This document shows, in pieces, positions 53,891 to 64,000 of a stretch of 64,000 nucleotides of DNA (position 1 is the stretch's first letter; the number at the start of each line of letters is the position of its first letter). The stretch spans positions 27,156,001 through 27,220,000 of the forward strand of contig OZ024757.1 of the NCBI GenBank assembly GCA_964016885.1, written 5' to 3'. The notes under the pieces are model-generated. The model was not told the origin of the DNA. It worked only from the letters and a program-made list of their open reading frames with translations, and searched no databases. A program made the translations under genes and the position numbers. This DNA comes from Eledone cirrhosa. Its lineage: Eukaryota.

Positions 53891-54421
53891 CTAGGGCACG
53901 TAAAATTCACGAGATCCATGGACGAGTTCTCTCCAACGGTCTCTGTCCCTCATTATCGCTGCCATGTCCTGCGTCTCCAACATTAACCTTGGTCTTCCTC
54001 TTCCAGTGTGTCCATGTAGGGGCTCCCACAGGAGAACTGAGTGCAATGTCAACTCTGGATGTCGGTGAGCATGTCCAGCTAACCTCAGTCTCCTCTGTGT
54101 CACTTTTGAGCTGACTTTTGGGAGGCTCCCATACAGCTCTGAGTTTTTCATCCTCAGTGTATACTGATTAATGTTCAGAGCCTTCCTCAGCATTCTCGTG
54201 TAGCACCCATCCACCATCTGAGTGAGTTTCTTGGTCAGTGTCCAAGTCTCAGACCCGTACAGCAGCACAGACTCCACTACAGGACTCTGGCTTTACTGTA
54301 GCACCGGCCCAGAGCAGGAGAGTTAAGGCAAAAAAGATATCAGATGCTGAATTTGCCAACGACATAGTTTTGGTGACAAATACAGTGAAGGAGGCAGAGG
54401 ATTTGATGCAGGAGGTTGAGT
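53891..54421 (-). mobile_element. RTE-clade LINE (family A) with inverted 5' segment
   Basis: Minus strand 54277-53891 encodes ESVLLYGSETWTLT...RRLRLAGH. Plus strand ~54280-54421 encodes DSGFTVAPAQSRRVKAKKISDAEFANDIVLV, a degenerate FADD motif. Confidence 0.85.
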
Positions 54422-54916
54422 AAATATATATATATATTAAACATGATTGAAATAAATTAGAAGAGCAATACCACCTTAATGCACAAAACTGCACACCAGC
54501 AAGGTGGCTAATGAGGTGAAAATACAACTGTCTGTTCTGTTTATTGTATGTAATTGCATGCATTTTTGCTGGTACTATATATATATATATACACGCACAC
54601 ATACATACTATCACCACTTCCATTTTTTATGCTGCCATGGGCAAGATAGATGTGTCATTACAGTCTTCCAGTGTGTTCTCATTTAGAAAAGTTACTGCCT
54701 TCTTAGAGGACTCCATCTCACCCATCATATATACCACTTTCCACTTTGGCATGGTTGCTGTTCCTAACACTAACTCTCTCTCTCACTCACTCTATATATA
54801 TGTATATATATAAATATATATTTATATATGTGTTCCAAATATACATACAGACACACACATTTATATATATATATAGATGCACACACATAAATTTATATAT
54901 ATATATATTTATTATA

Positions 54917-55354
54917 TCATCATCACCGTTTTATGTCCGTCCTTCCATGCTAGCATGGGTTAGATGGGCTGTCCTTTTGTGGGCAGTGCCCAGTCGGCTG
55001 ACCTTGTCTTGCTCATACAGGAACTGATTCTGGCTTGATTTCTACAGCTGGATGCCCCCCCTAACACCAACCTCATTTACAGCGAGTGCTGGGTGCTTTT
55101 TTTTCTGTGGCGCCTACACGACCACTTTACAGTGTGGCCTGGGTGCTTTTTTTTTACCGTGGCACCTCCACGACCACTTTGCAGTGGAATGATAGGGACC
55201 TCAGTCCTATCATCTCATTTCCACAGCTGAGTAAACTGGAGCAATGTGAAGTAAAGTGTCTTGCTCAAGGAAACAACACATCACCCGGTCCGAGAATTGA
55301 ACTCAACAACTTTCGATTGCAAGCCCAATGCTCTAATCACTAAGCCATGCACCT
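54917..55354 (-). mobile_element. Meta-like SINE, head-to-head with the 55395 copy
   Basis: Reverse-complement match, with an internal duplication. Confidence 0.8.
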
Positions 55355-55394
55355 ATATATAATGGAGGCACTAAGCCATGCACCTATATATAAT

Positions 55395-55730
55395 GGAGGC
55401 ACATGGCTTAGTGGTTAGAGCATTGGCCTTGCAATCGAAAGGTTGTGAGTTCAATTCTCAGACCGGGTGGTGTGTTGTTTCCTTGAGCAAGACACTTTAT
55501 TACACATTGCTCCAGTTTACTCAGCTGTAGAAATGAGATGATAGGGAGTGGGGTCCCTATCATTCCACTGCAAAGTGGTCGTGGAGGTGCCACGGAAAAA
55601 AAGCACCCAGCGCTCACTGTAAATGAGGTTGGTGTTAGGAAGGGCATCCAGCTGTAGAAATCAAGCCAGCATCAGTTCCCGTCCCACCCTTGCAAGCAGG
55701 GAAAAAGCGGACGTAAAATGAAATGATGAT
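55395..55730 (+). mobile_element. tRNA-derived SINE with Meta-like core and RTE-type tail
   Basis: A-box tggcttagtggttag, B-box gagttcaattc, core ccttgagcaagacacttta..gctccagtttactcagctg, tail cccttgcaagcagggaaaaagcggacgtaaaatga. Confidence 0.8.
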
Positions 55731-56195
55731 ATAGATGCACACACATAAATTTATATATATTTAGATGCACACACATAAATTTATATATATATATATATTT
55801 ATAATTTATAATATATCTATATATCTATATAGATACACACACATAAATTTATATATATATATATTTACACCACCCCTTTCAATATAAAGTTATGCTGGTG
55901 TCACAACATCCAGCCCGAAACAAATGAGGTCGTGTAGGTGTCACGACAAAAAAAAACACACAGTCCACGCTGTAATGTGGCCGTGTAGGTAACACGGTAA
56001 AAACCTCCCAGTTACACACTGTAAATGTGGTTGGTGTTAGGAAGGGCATTCAGCCGTAGAAAACCCGCCAGACAGTCCTATGCGAGCAAGACAACCACTC
56101 TTGCCTCAAGTGGGAAAACCCCCATCCAAACCCATGCAAGCGTGGAATATGGACGTTAAACGATGATGATGATGATGATGATGATGATTATATAT

Positions 56196-56240
<45 letters not shown>

Positions 56241-56608
56241 TATATAAATATATATATTGATATATGTATATAAATATATATATATATATATATATAATAT
56301 ATTTGTTTCTACTTTAGGCACAAGGCCAGCAATTACCCAGTGCATTACTGGTACTTTATTTTATCGACCCTGTAAGGATGAAAGGCAAAGTCAACCTCGG
56401 CGGGATTTGAACTTAGATCGTAAAGGGACGTAACTATGCTGGAAAGCATGGCGTCCAACCTTTTACCGATACTGCCAATTCACCGATAAATATATATATA
56501 TAATATATATATATATAATATATAGATTTAACATATGTTGATTTAACATATGTTGATTTAACACTTCACTGCTTGCAAGTGTTTTTTAAGCTTCATATCA
56601 TGTCTCCC

Positions 56609-56679
56609 TATTTTATCTGATGAGAACGCAAAAATCATCCCATGATGATATTTGTTTTTGAAATGCGCATAATAAAATA
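56609..56679 (+). ncRNA. Minimal type I hammerhead ribozyme motif
   Basis: tattttat-CTGATGA-gaacgcaaaaatcatc-ccat-gatgatatttgttttt-GAAA-t-gcgc-a-TA-ataaaata. Confidence 0.78.
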
Positions 56680-57160
56680 CATGGAACTCTTTTAACCATC
56701 TTTTGATTTTATATTATATTATATTATATTATATTATATATATATATATATATATACAGAGAAAGAGAGACAAACAGAAAGTGGGTGATGTGTGTGTTTC
56801 TGTGACATCTAGATAAATCTGAGGTTATATAGCTGCAAGTAACCATGGCAGCAAAGATCATTTCAATACATGCTGATGATGATGATGTTGATAATTAAGA
56901 AGGGAATGAAGAGGAAGGGGAAGAGGTTGGGGATGGAATTTTAAAATGACAGAGACAAATATGATAATTTCCATTTCCTTTAAAGAGATTTGGGATTAGG
57001 ATATTTAATAAAAGAAATATTAACCCTTATGATACCAAGCTGCCTGAAACTGTCCTTGTTTCTACAATACAAAACTGTTTTAATGTGTTTATTTTCATCT
57101 AAAAGGTTTCCAGCATATTTTATGTGAGTGCCTTTATTAAGTTATGCTGCAAACATCAAC

Positions 57161-57377
57161 TTAACTCTTTAGCATTTAAACCGGTTGTAACCGACCAGAA
57201 TTCTCTCACCCTTTTCTGTTCAAACTGGCCGTAACCAGCCACTCAATACCAATATTAAGGTATTGTTCTCAAAATAAATAACATCAAAATCTTATAGATT
57301 CAATATTATGTGAGGTAAAGACTTTACCACAAAAATACAATAGTAAATATAGATTAATGTAAATACTAAAGGGTTAA
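57161..57377. mobile_element. ~215-bp MITE, TTAA-flanked TIR (piggyBac-like)
   Basis: ttaa-ctctttagcattta ... taaatactaaaggg-ttaa. Confidence 0.72.
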
Positions 57378-57644
57378 TAACGAGAAACTTTGTTATATTA
57401 CAAAATCCATCCAAATTCTCCATTTTCAAAATGATTTGAAAGTTATAGCCAGTGTCTTCATTGGAAACATCGTAACAAAATAATTAATGTCAAAGTGGTC
57501 TTAGACCCCTTTAGATGTTTATATGTAAGACAATGTCACTGGATTGAGATCTTTGGCGCTATGCAGTTGAACAGAAGACCTGCCTTCCCATGCATTCAAG
57601 CTTAAACCTACAGTCAGTAGTTGAAAATTATAACGAAGAGGATA

Positions 57645-58085
57645 GCGATGATGAAGTTATGATAAAGAATATGATGATGATGGTGATGGAGACGATGGTG
57701 ATGGTGGTGGAAGTGATGATGATGATGAAGAAAATGGTGATAGAGATGATGATGATGGAGACGATGATGATGGCGGTGATGATGATGATGGAGATGGAGA
57801 TGGTGGGGATGACGACAACAAGGATGATGATGATGAAGAAAATGGTGATAGAGATGATGATGGAGACGATGATGATGATGATGGTGGTGGGGATGATGAT
57901 GATGATGGTGGTGGGGATGATGATGACAATGATGATGATCATCATGAAGATGATGATGATGATGGTGATGATGATGAAGATGGAAATAATGATGGTGATG
58001 ATGGTGTTGGTGATGATGATGGAGATGATTATGATGGAGATGGAAATAATAATGACAATGATGATGGTGATGGTGATGGTGATGA
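57645..58085. repeat. (GAT/GGT)n trinucleotide low-complexity tract
   Basis: Degenerate ATG repeats. Similar GGT/AGT tracts at 22378-22570, 26020-26480 and 43560-44280. Confidence 0.9.
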
Positions 58086-58724
58086 GATACCTTACAGTTC
58101 ACATAATGACGTAATAACAGATATAATATTAAAAAGACATTGAAAAGGTTTCCTTGCAGTTGACGTTTCCATAATCAAACCAACCAGTTTAACTAAGTAG
58201 CAACTGTGTGTGTCTATGTGTGTGTGTGTCTGTATGTGTATATATGTCTGTGTATGTGTGTCTCTGTGTGAGTGTATAAGTGTGTATGTTTGTATATGTG
58301 TGTGACTGTGTGTGTATGTGTGTCTCTGTGTGAGTGTATAAGTGTGTATGTTTGTATATGTGTGTGTGTATATATGTGTGTATCTGTGTGCGTGTATATA
58401 TGTGTCTGTGTGAGTGTGTAAGTGTATATATGTGTATATGTGTAAGTGTGGTGAAGGATATATCTGTGTATGAGTGTCTGTGTGTATGTATGAGTGTATA
58501 TATATATATGTATGAGGGTGTGTATGTATATGTGCAGTGGAGGATATATCTGTTTGTGTGAATATATGAGTGTTTATATGTATGTATCTGTGTATGAGTG
58601 TGTGGTGGAGGATATATCTGTTTGTGTGAGTATATGAGTGTGTGTGTATGAATGTGTGTATCTGTATGTGTGGTGGAAGATATATGAGTATGAGTGTCTG
58701 TGTGTATATATGTATATATATGTC

Positions 58725-59158
58725 ACTGGACCGAGAACTTTGGCGCTACGCAGTAATACAGAAGACCCGCCTTGCCAAAGTACAAAGCGAAACCTACAGT
58801 CAGTAGGCACCTCTTAACCCCCCATCCCACTACCCCTACCCCCACCCCATCCACACCACCCCTTTCTCTGTAAAGTTATGTTGGTACCACAACATCCAGT
58901 CCTAAATAAATGAGGTCATGTAGGTGTCACGACAAAACAAAAACACACAGTCCACGCTGTAATGTGGCTGTGTAGGTAACATGGTAAAAACCTCCCAGTC
59001 CACACTGTAAACGTGGTTGGTGTTAGGAAGGGCATCCAGTTGTAGAAAACCCGCCAGACAGTCCTATACGAGCGAGACAACCGATCTTGCCTCACGTCGG
59101 ACAATTCCCATCTAAACCCATGCTAGCGTGGAAGATAGACGTTAAACGATGATGATAA
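58725..59158 (+). mobile_element. RTE family C 3' end
   Basis: Collinear similarity to 14918-15345. UTR-only copies lie at 41580-41873 and 55880-56190. Confidence 0.75.
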
Positions 59159-59986
59159 TATGTATATGTGTGTGGTATCTGTTTGAGTATGTGTGTGTGT
59201 ATGTGCATGTTGTATGTGTGTATGTGTGTGTGTATGTGCATGTTGTGTGTGTGGGTATATGACTATGTATGTGTGTGTATGTGAATGTGTGACCGCATTT
59301 CTCTGTTCATGTGTGTCTGTAAGTATGTATGACAACATTTGTCTGTATATATGTGTGTGTATCTATGTATGGATGTGTCTCTTCATATGAGTATGTAAGT
59401 GTAAATGGGTGTGCGTGCATGTGTGACCTGATATGTGTGTGTATATCGCTGCATGTATATGTGTACATGTGTGTGTGTATTGGTGTGTGTATATGTGGAT
59501 GAAAATGTGTGTATGGGTGTGTGTATGTATGGATGCATGTGTATGGGTGTATGTGTATTGGTGTGTGTATATGTGTGTATGTAAAATTGGTGTGTGTATA
59601 TGGTTGCATATATATATGGTTGCATGTATATATGGTTGCATGTGTGTGTGTGTGTGTGTGTATGGATGCATATGGGGGTGGGATGTATTGGTGTGTGTAC
59701 ATGGTTGCATGTATGTATATATGTGTGTGTGTGTCAATGATGACGACGACGACGACGACGACGACGATGATGAAGAAGAAGAAGGGCCAATAGCTGAAGT
59801 GTTTAAAATGTTTACATTGATAAACTACACCCTATTGTCACCCCAGTAATTAATAGCAGGCCATTAACCTTGTACAAATATGTAAATGATTTCTGTCTCT
59901 TGTTTCTGTCTTTAAAAAGTAGCTTTCTCCATTACTGTTATTCAGTGGCTTGCAGACAGATGCCTGGTGAGTCTTTAATGAAGGAT

Positions 59987-60295
59987 GAAACCAGTCATTT
60001 CAATCACCTTTCCAAGTTGATCAAAGCCCTTGGTTTGACCCCAGAGCTTTCTTCTACAGTGAAACCAGTCATTTCAATCACCTTTCCAAGTTGATCAAAG
60101 CCCTTGGTTTGACCCCAGAGCTTTCTTCTACAGTGAAACCAGTCATTTCAATCACCTTTCCAAGTTGATCAAAGCCCTTGGTTTTATCCCACACCTTTCT
60201 TCTACAGAGAGACCAAATATGTAAAACCAGTCGTTTCAATCACTTTTGCAAGATTCCAAGATGAAAGGCCTGGGTTTAAGCCCAGAGCTTTCTTT
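59987..60295. repeat. 74-bp tandem repeat
   Basis: Units start at 59987, 60061 and 60135, plus a diverged fourth. Confidence 0.9.
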
Positions 60296-60801
60296 TATGG
60301 TAAGACGATATGTATGTTTATTAAACGTACAGAACAAAACAAAGACCACAAAATTATGTAGTCTTAGGTTCTATTTGATTGTGTGGTACTTTGGGAAAAA
60401 TATCTTCTACTCTAGTCTAGGGCTGACCAATGTCTTGTGAGTGAAATTAGGGAGACCATATCATCTCAACATGTTCACCATACAATAATACAACCCACAT
60501 AACACATGCTGTACATAAACACCAGCCAACAAACAAACAAACAACATGTTACATGTTGCACCCAACAAGCAGTCAAAACACTAAAATGATGCCAGCAACA
60601 ACAACACCTTCCCCCACACCACAACAAAGCAAAACAGATGTAAAGGGTTAATAACAATAATGATGAATTCACATACTGACAAAGAACAATGTTATACAAT
60701 TTTAAGGGAAGGATATATAGTGGTTAATTGAATTTATCCCCCAGTACATGGCTGGTACCTCATTGGTTAAGCATGGAAGAAAAGTTGAACAAGCATTTTA
60801 T

Positions 60802-61004
60802 CTCTTTAGTCTTTAAACCGGCCATATCCGGTCAGAATTTTCTCATCTCTTTTTGTTCAAACTGGTTGTAACCAGCTGCTCATACTGATGATAAGGTATT
60901 GTACTCAAAATAAATAATATAAAAATCTTGTAGATTCGATATTATGTGAGGTAAAGCCTTTACCATGAAAATATATATAGAGTAATGTAAATACTAAAGG
61001 GTTA
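60802..61004. mobile_element. Same TTAA MITE family
   Basis: Body match; ends taaatactaaaggggttaa. Confidence 0.65.
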
Positions 61005-61289
61005 AGGCAGTTTTCCTGGCTAAAACAGGGACAAGAGCTGCAGGCCCTATGCAAGGCTTCATACTCATCAAAGAGTTCTTTTTGAGGCAATTTTTTACAG
61101 CCAAATGCCCTTCCTAGTGCTAACCTTTCTACTTGGAATATTGGAAGACAGAAGTAAATACCAATATCCATTTAGCTCAGTGTTTTGTTATTTTTGTCAG
61201 GATGTTAGGATATATAGCATTGGCAGACAATTACACATTTTTTTTTTTTTTTTTTTTTGCAGAAAGCGAGGGAGAGGAGAAGGAAGATA

Positions 61290-61685
61290 GAGGTGGATAA
61301 ATTGAAGGAGGAGAGAAGGGAGGTACAGGTGAATAAATTGAGAGAAAGGAGAAGGGAGGGGAGATACAGGTGAATAAATTGAGGAAGGGGAGAAGGAAGG
61401 TACAGGTGAATAAATTGAGAGAAAGGAGAAGGGAGGGGAGATACAGGTGAATAAATTGAGGAAGGGGAGAAGGGAGGTACAGGTGAATAAATTGAGGGAG
61501 GGGAGAAGGAAGGTACAGGTGAATAAACTGAGGGAGGGGAGAAGGGAGGTAGGTACAGGTGAATAATTTGAGGGAGGGGAAAAGGGAGGTATAGGTAAAT
61601 AAATTGAGGGAGGAGGGAGGGGAGAAGGGAGGTACAGTTGAATAAATTGTGGGAGAGGAGAAGGATGGTACAGGTGAATAAATTG
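61290..61685. repeat. Purine-rich ~35-bp minisatellite
   Basis: gggaggtacaggtgaataaattgagggaggggagaa variants. Confidence 0.88.
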
Positions 61686-61847
61686 ATCCCCAGTATACAG
61701 TGGCTGGTTGTTTATTTAACCAGCCTTGCAAGGATGAAAGGCAATGTCAACACCTGATGGGAATTGAACTTGTAGAGTGACACATTGAAATACCACGGAG
61801 AGTTTTATCCTATGCTCCACTGATTATACCAAACAACAACAATAACA

Positions 61848-62240
61848 ATAATTGGTTCTACTTTTTAGCATAAGGCCAGCAATTACCCAGTGCATTACTG
61901 GTACTTTATTTTATCTACCCCGTAAGGATGAAAACAAAGTTAACGTCGGCAGGATTTGAACTCAGAATGGCATGGGCCATAACTCTTATGCTGCAAAGCA
62001 TGGCGTCTGACCCTCTACTGATACTGCCAATCCACTGCCCCATTAATAATTGTTTCTACTTTTGGCACAAGGCCAGCAATTATCCCAGTGCATTACTGGT
62101 ACTTTATTTTATCGACCTCGAAAGGATGAAAGTCAAAGTTCACCTCGGCAGGATTTGAACTCAGAATGGCAAGGGCCGTAACTCCATGCGTCAAAGCATG
62201 GCGTCCGACCCCCTACTGATACTGCCAATCCACTGCCCCA
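61848..62240 (-). mobile_element. Two tandem Nin-like SINE copies
   Basis: Two ~195-bp head-to-tail units, each followed by cccattaataat. Confidence 0.8.
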
Positions 62241-62795
62241 TTAATAATAGCAACAGCAATGCTAATAATAATAATTATGATCAACAGGATATGTAATAGC
62301 AACAGGATATGTAAATGCGTATATATTGTAGGAACAGAGCCATTATGCAAGATATGTAAACAAACAAAATGAAAAAACAAAAACACACACACAAACACAC
62401 AAATATAAAGACAATAAAAAAAACAGCTGAAGAAAAAAGTGAAGAAGTTAGAGATAATACTGAAGTAGGAGCTAGGGGGTGAGGAGAGGGGGAGAATTGG
62501 TTTTTATGGTTTCATTTTTTTCACAAGAGAATAGGGAAGGAGGCAGTGAACAAGGAGGTGTCTTTAGACTTTTCTTCTTTCCTCCTCCTTTTCTTTTTCT
62601 TCATGATAATAACTTTATGATGATATTTTACTGAAATAAGAAAAAAAGACGAAAAAAAAAGACGGAAAAAAAGAAAGTGGTTGTCTTCTGATAAGGGATT
62701 GGTGGTAGAGGAGTGGGGACGGGGTCCATGGAATTGTGCCTTCTTAATCTTGATATTGGTTTTCTTTTACAGTTTCTTTAAACTTGACAGTGAAG

Positions 62796-62853
<58 letters not shown>

Positions 62854-63268
62854 TACATATAAACACCCAAATATACATATATAAGTAGATAAATACATTA
62901 AATATATATATATATATATACATATGCGTGTGTGTGTGTGTATATATGGATGTTAAATGATGATGATATGTATCACCATAGACGTAAACAGTGATGATGT
63001 TAATATATATATATATATATATACATACATGCATAACTATCTATTTATATCTCTCTCTCACTATATATATATATATATATATATACAATACAAAAAACCA
63101 ACAAGCTCCATCATCAGAATTATTCTAGCAATGTTGGCACAAGGAATGAAAGAGGAAGGAAGACATTAGGATAGAAATAGAAAGAGAGAAAGATAGAGAG
63201 CTGGATGAAGAGAGTTGGAGAGATAGCTAGGTGGAAAGAGACAGAGGATGAAATATGTTTTATGTATG

Positions 63269-63301
<33 letters not shown>

Positions 63302-63356
63302 GAAAGGTATAGAAAACATTGTAGCGAAAAGCCAACAGTATTCCATAATATATATA

Positions 63357-64000
63357 TCATCATCATCATCATCAACGTTTAACGTCCGTGTTCCACGCTT
63401 GCATGGGTTTGGACGGGGGTAGTCCCACTTGAGGCAAGAGTGATTGTCTTGCTCGCATAGGACTGTCTGGCAGGTTTTCTACAGTTGGATGCCCTTCCTA
63501 ACACCAACATTTACAGTGTGGGTCTGGGAGGTTTTTACCGTGTTGCCTACACGGCCACATTACAGCGTGGACTGTGTGTTTTTTTGTCGTGACACCTACA
63601 CGATCTCATTTGTTTCGGCCTGGATGGCGCGACACCAACATAACTTTACATAGAACGGGGTGGTGTGGATGGGGTGGGGGTGGTGGTGGTGGGACGGTGT
63701 GTATTTTGTTAGAGATGCCTACTGGCTGGAGTAGGTTTTACTATATATTTAGGTAAGGCGGGTCTTCTCTGTTACTGAGTACCGCCAAAGGTCTCGGTCC
63801 AGTGACATTGTTTTGGAGAGGTGTAAGTGTGTGATGTCGGAGTTTATCAGCTCGTCCCAGGTTTTTCTAGGTCTGCCTATTTCGTGACTACCGTCTATCT
63901 TTATTGCCCTGCACTTTGTTATACAGCTATCGACTTTCATGCGCATCACGTGTCCATACCAACGTAGCCTTCTCTCGAGTAAACAACATCTGATCCCTCT
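63357..64000 (-). mobile_element. RTE-clade LINE 3' end with ~400-nt 3'UTR (family C); continues past the window end
   Basis: RLRWYGHVMRM...GRPRKTWDELINSDI...DRDLWR, then a UTR ending ggacgttaaac..(gat)n. Confidence 0.82.

Noticed and set aside
55395-55470. tRNA-like sequences with A and B boxes
   Set aside because: These are SINE heads that continue into SINE core and tail. No complete cloverleaf is supported.
57590-58114. Met-rich 174-aa ORF (reflectin-like at a glance) and poly-His antisense ORF
   Set aside because: (GAT)n expansion. It lacks the Tyr/Arg/Trp content and the repeated reflectin motif.

Overview
AT-rich animal genomic DNA, dense in microsatellites and transposons. The SINE and microsatellite landscape suggests an octopod cephalopod (inference, not proven). 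The only host gene I can support is a minus-strand NR5A (FTZ-F1/SF-1/LRH-1 type) nuclear receptor. Six coding exons were reconstructed by hand with GT-AG junctions and matching phases: 15907-15790, 12107-11967, 9465-8747, 6615-6511, 5247-5094 and 4542-4295. Together they give 1485 nt (494 aa) if the ATG at 15907 is the start. Two of these exons are absent from the ORF track. The rest is intron, UTR or upstream DNA filled with SINEs (Nin-domain-like and Meta-domain-like), RTE/CR1/CRE LINE fragments, MITEs, a mariner relic and minisatellites. The most unusual signal is a set of short (TA)n-embedded elements built around hammerhead ribozyme motifs (Penelope-like). These include several complete minimal type I hammerheads with covarying stems. 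A second family carries only the 3' half of a hammerhead, folded back into a long palindrome centred on stem II. Repeat coordinates are approximate to within about 10 nt. Family names come from remembered motifs, not from database searches.
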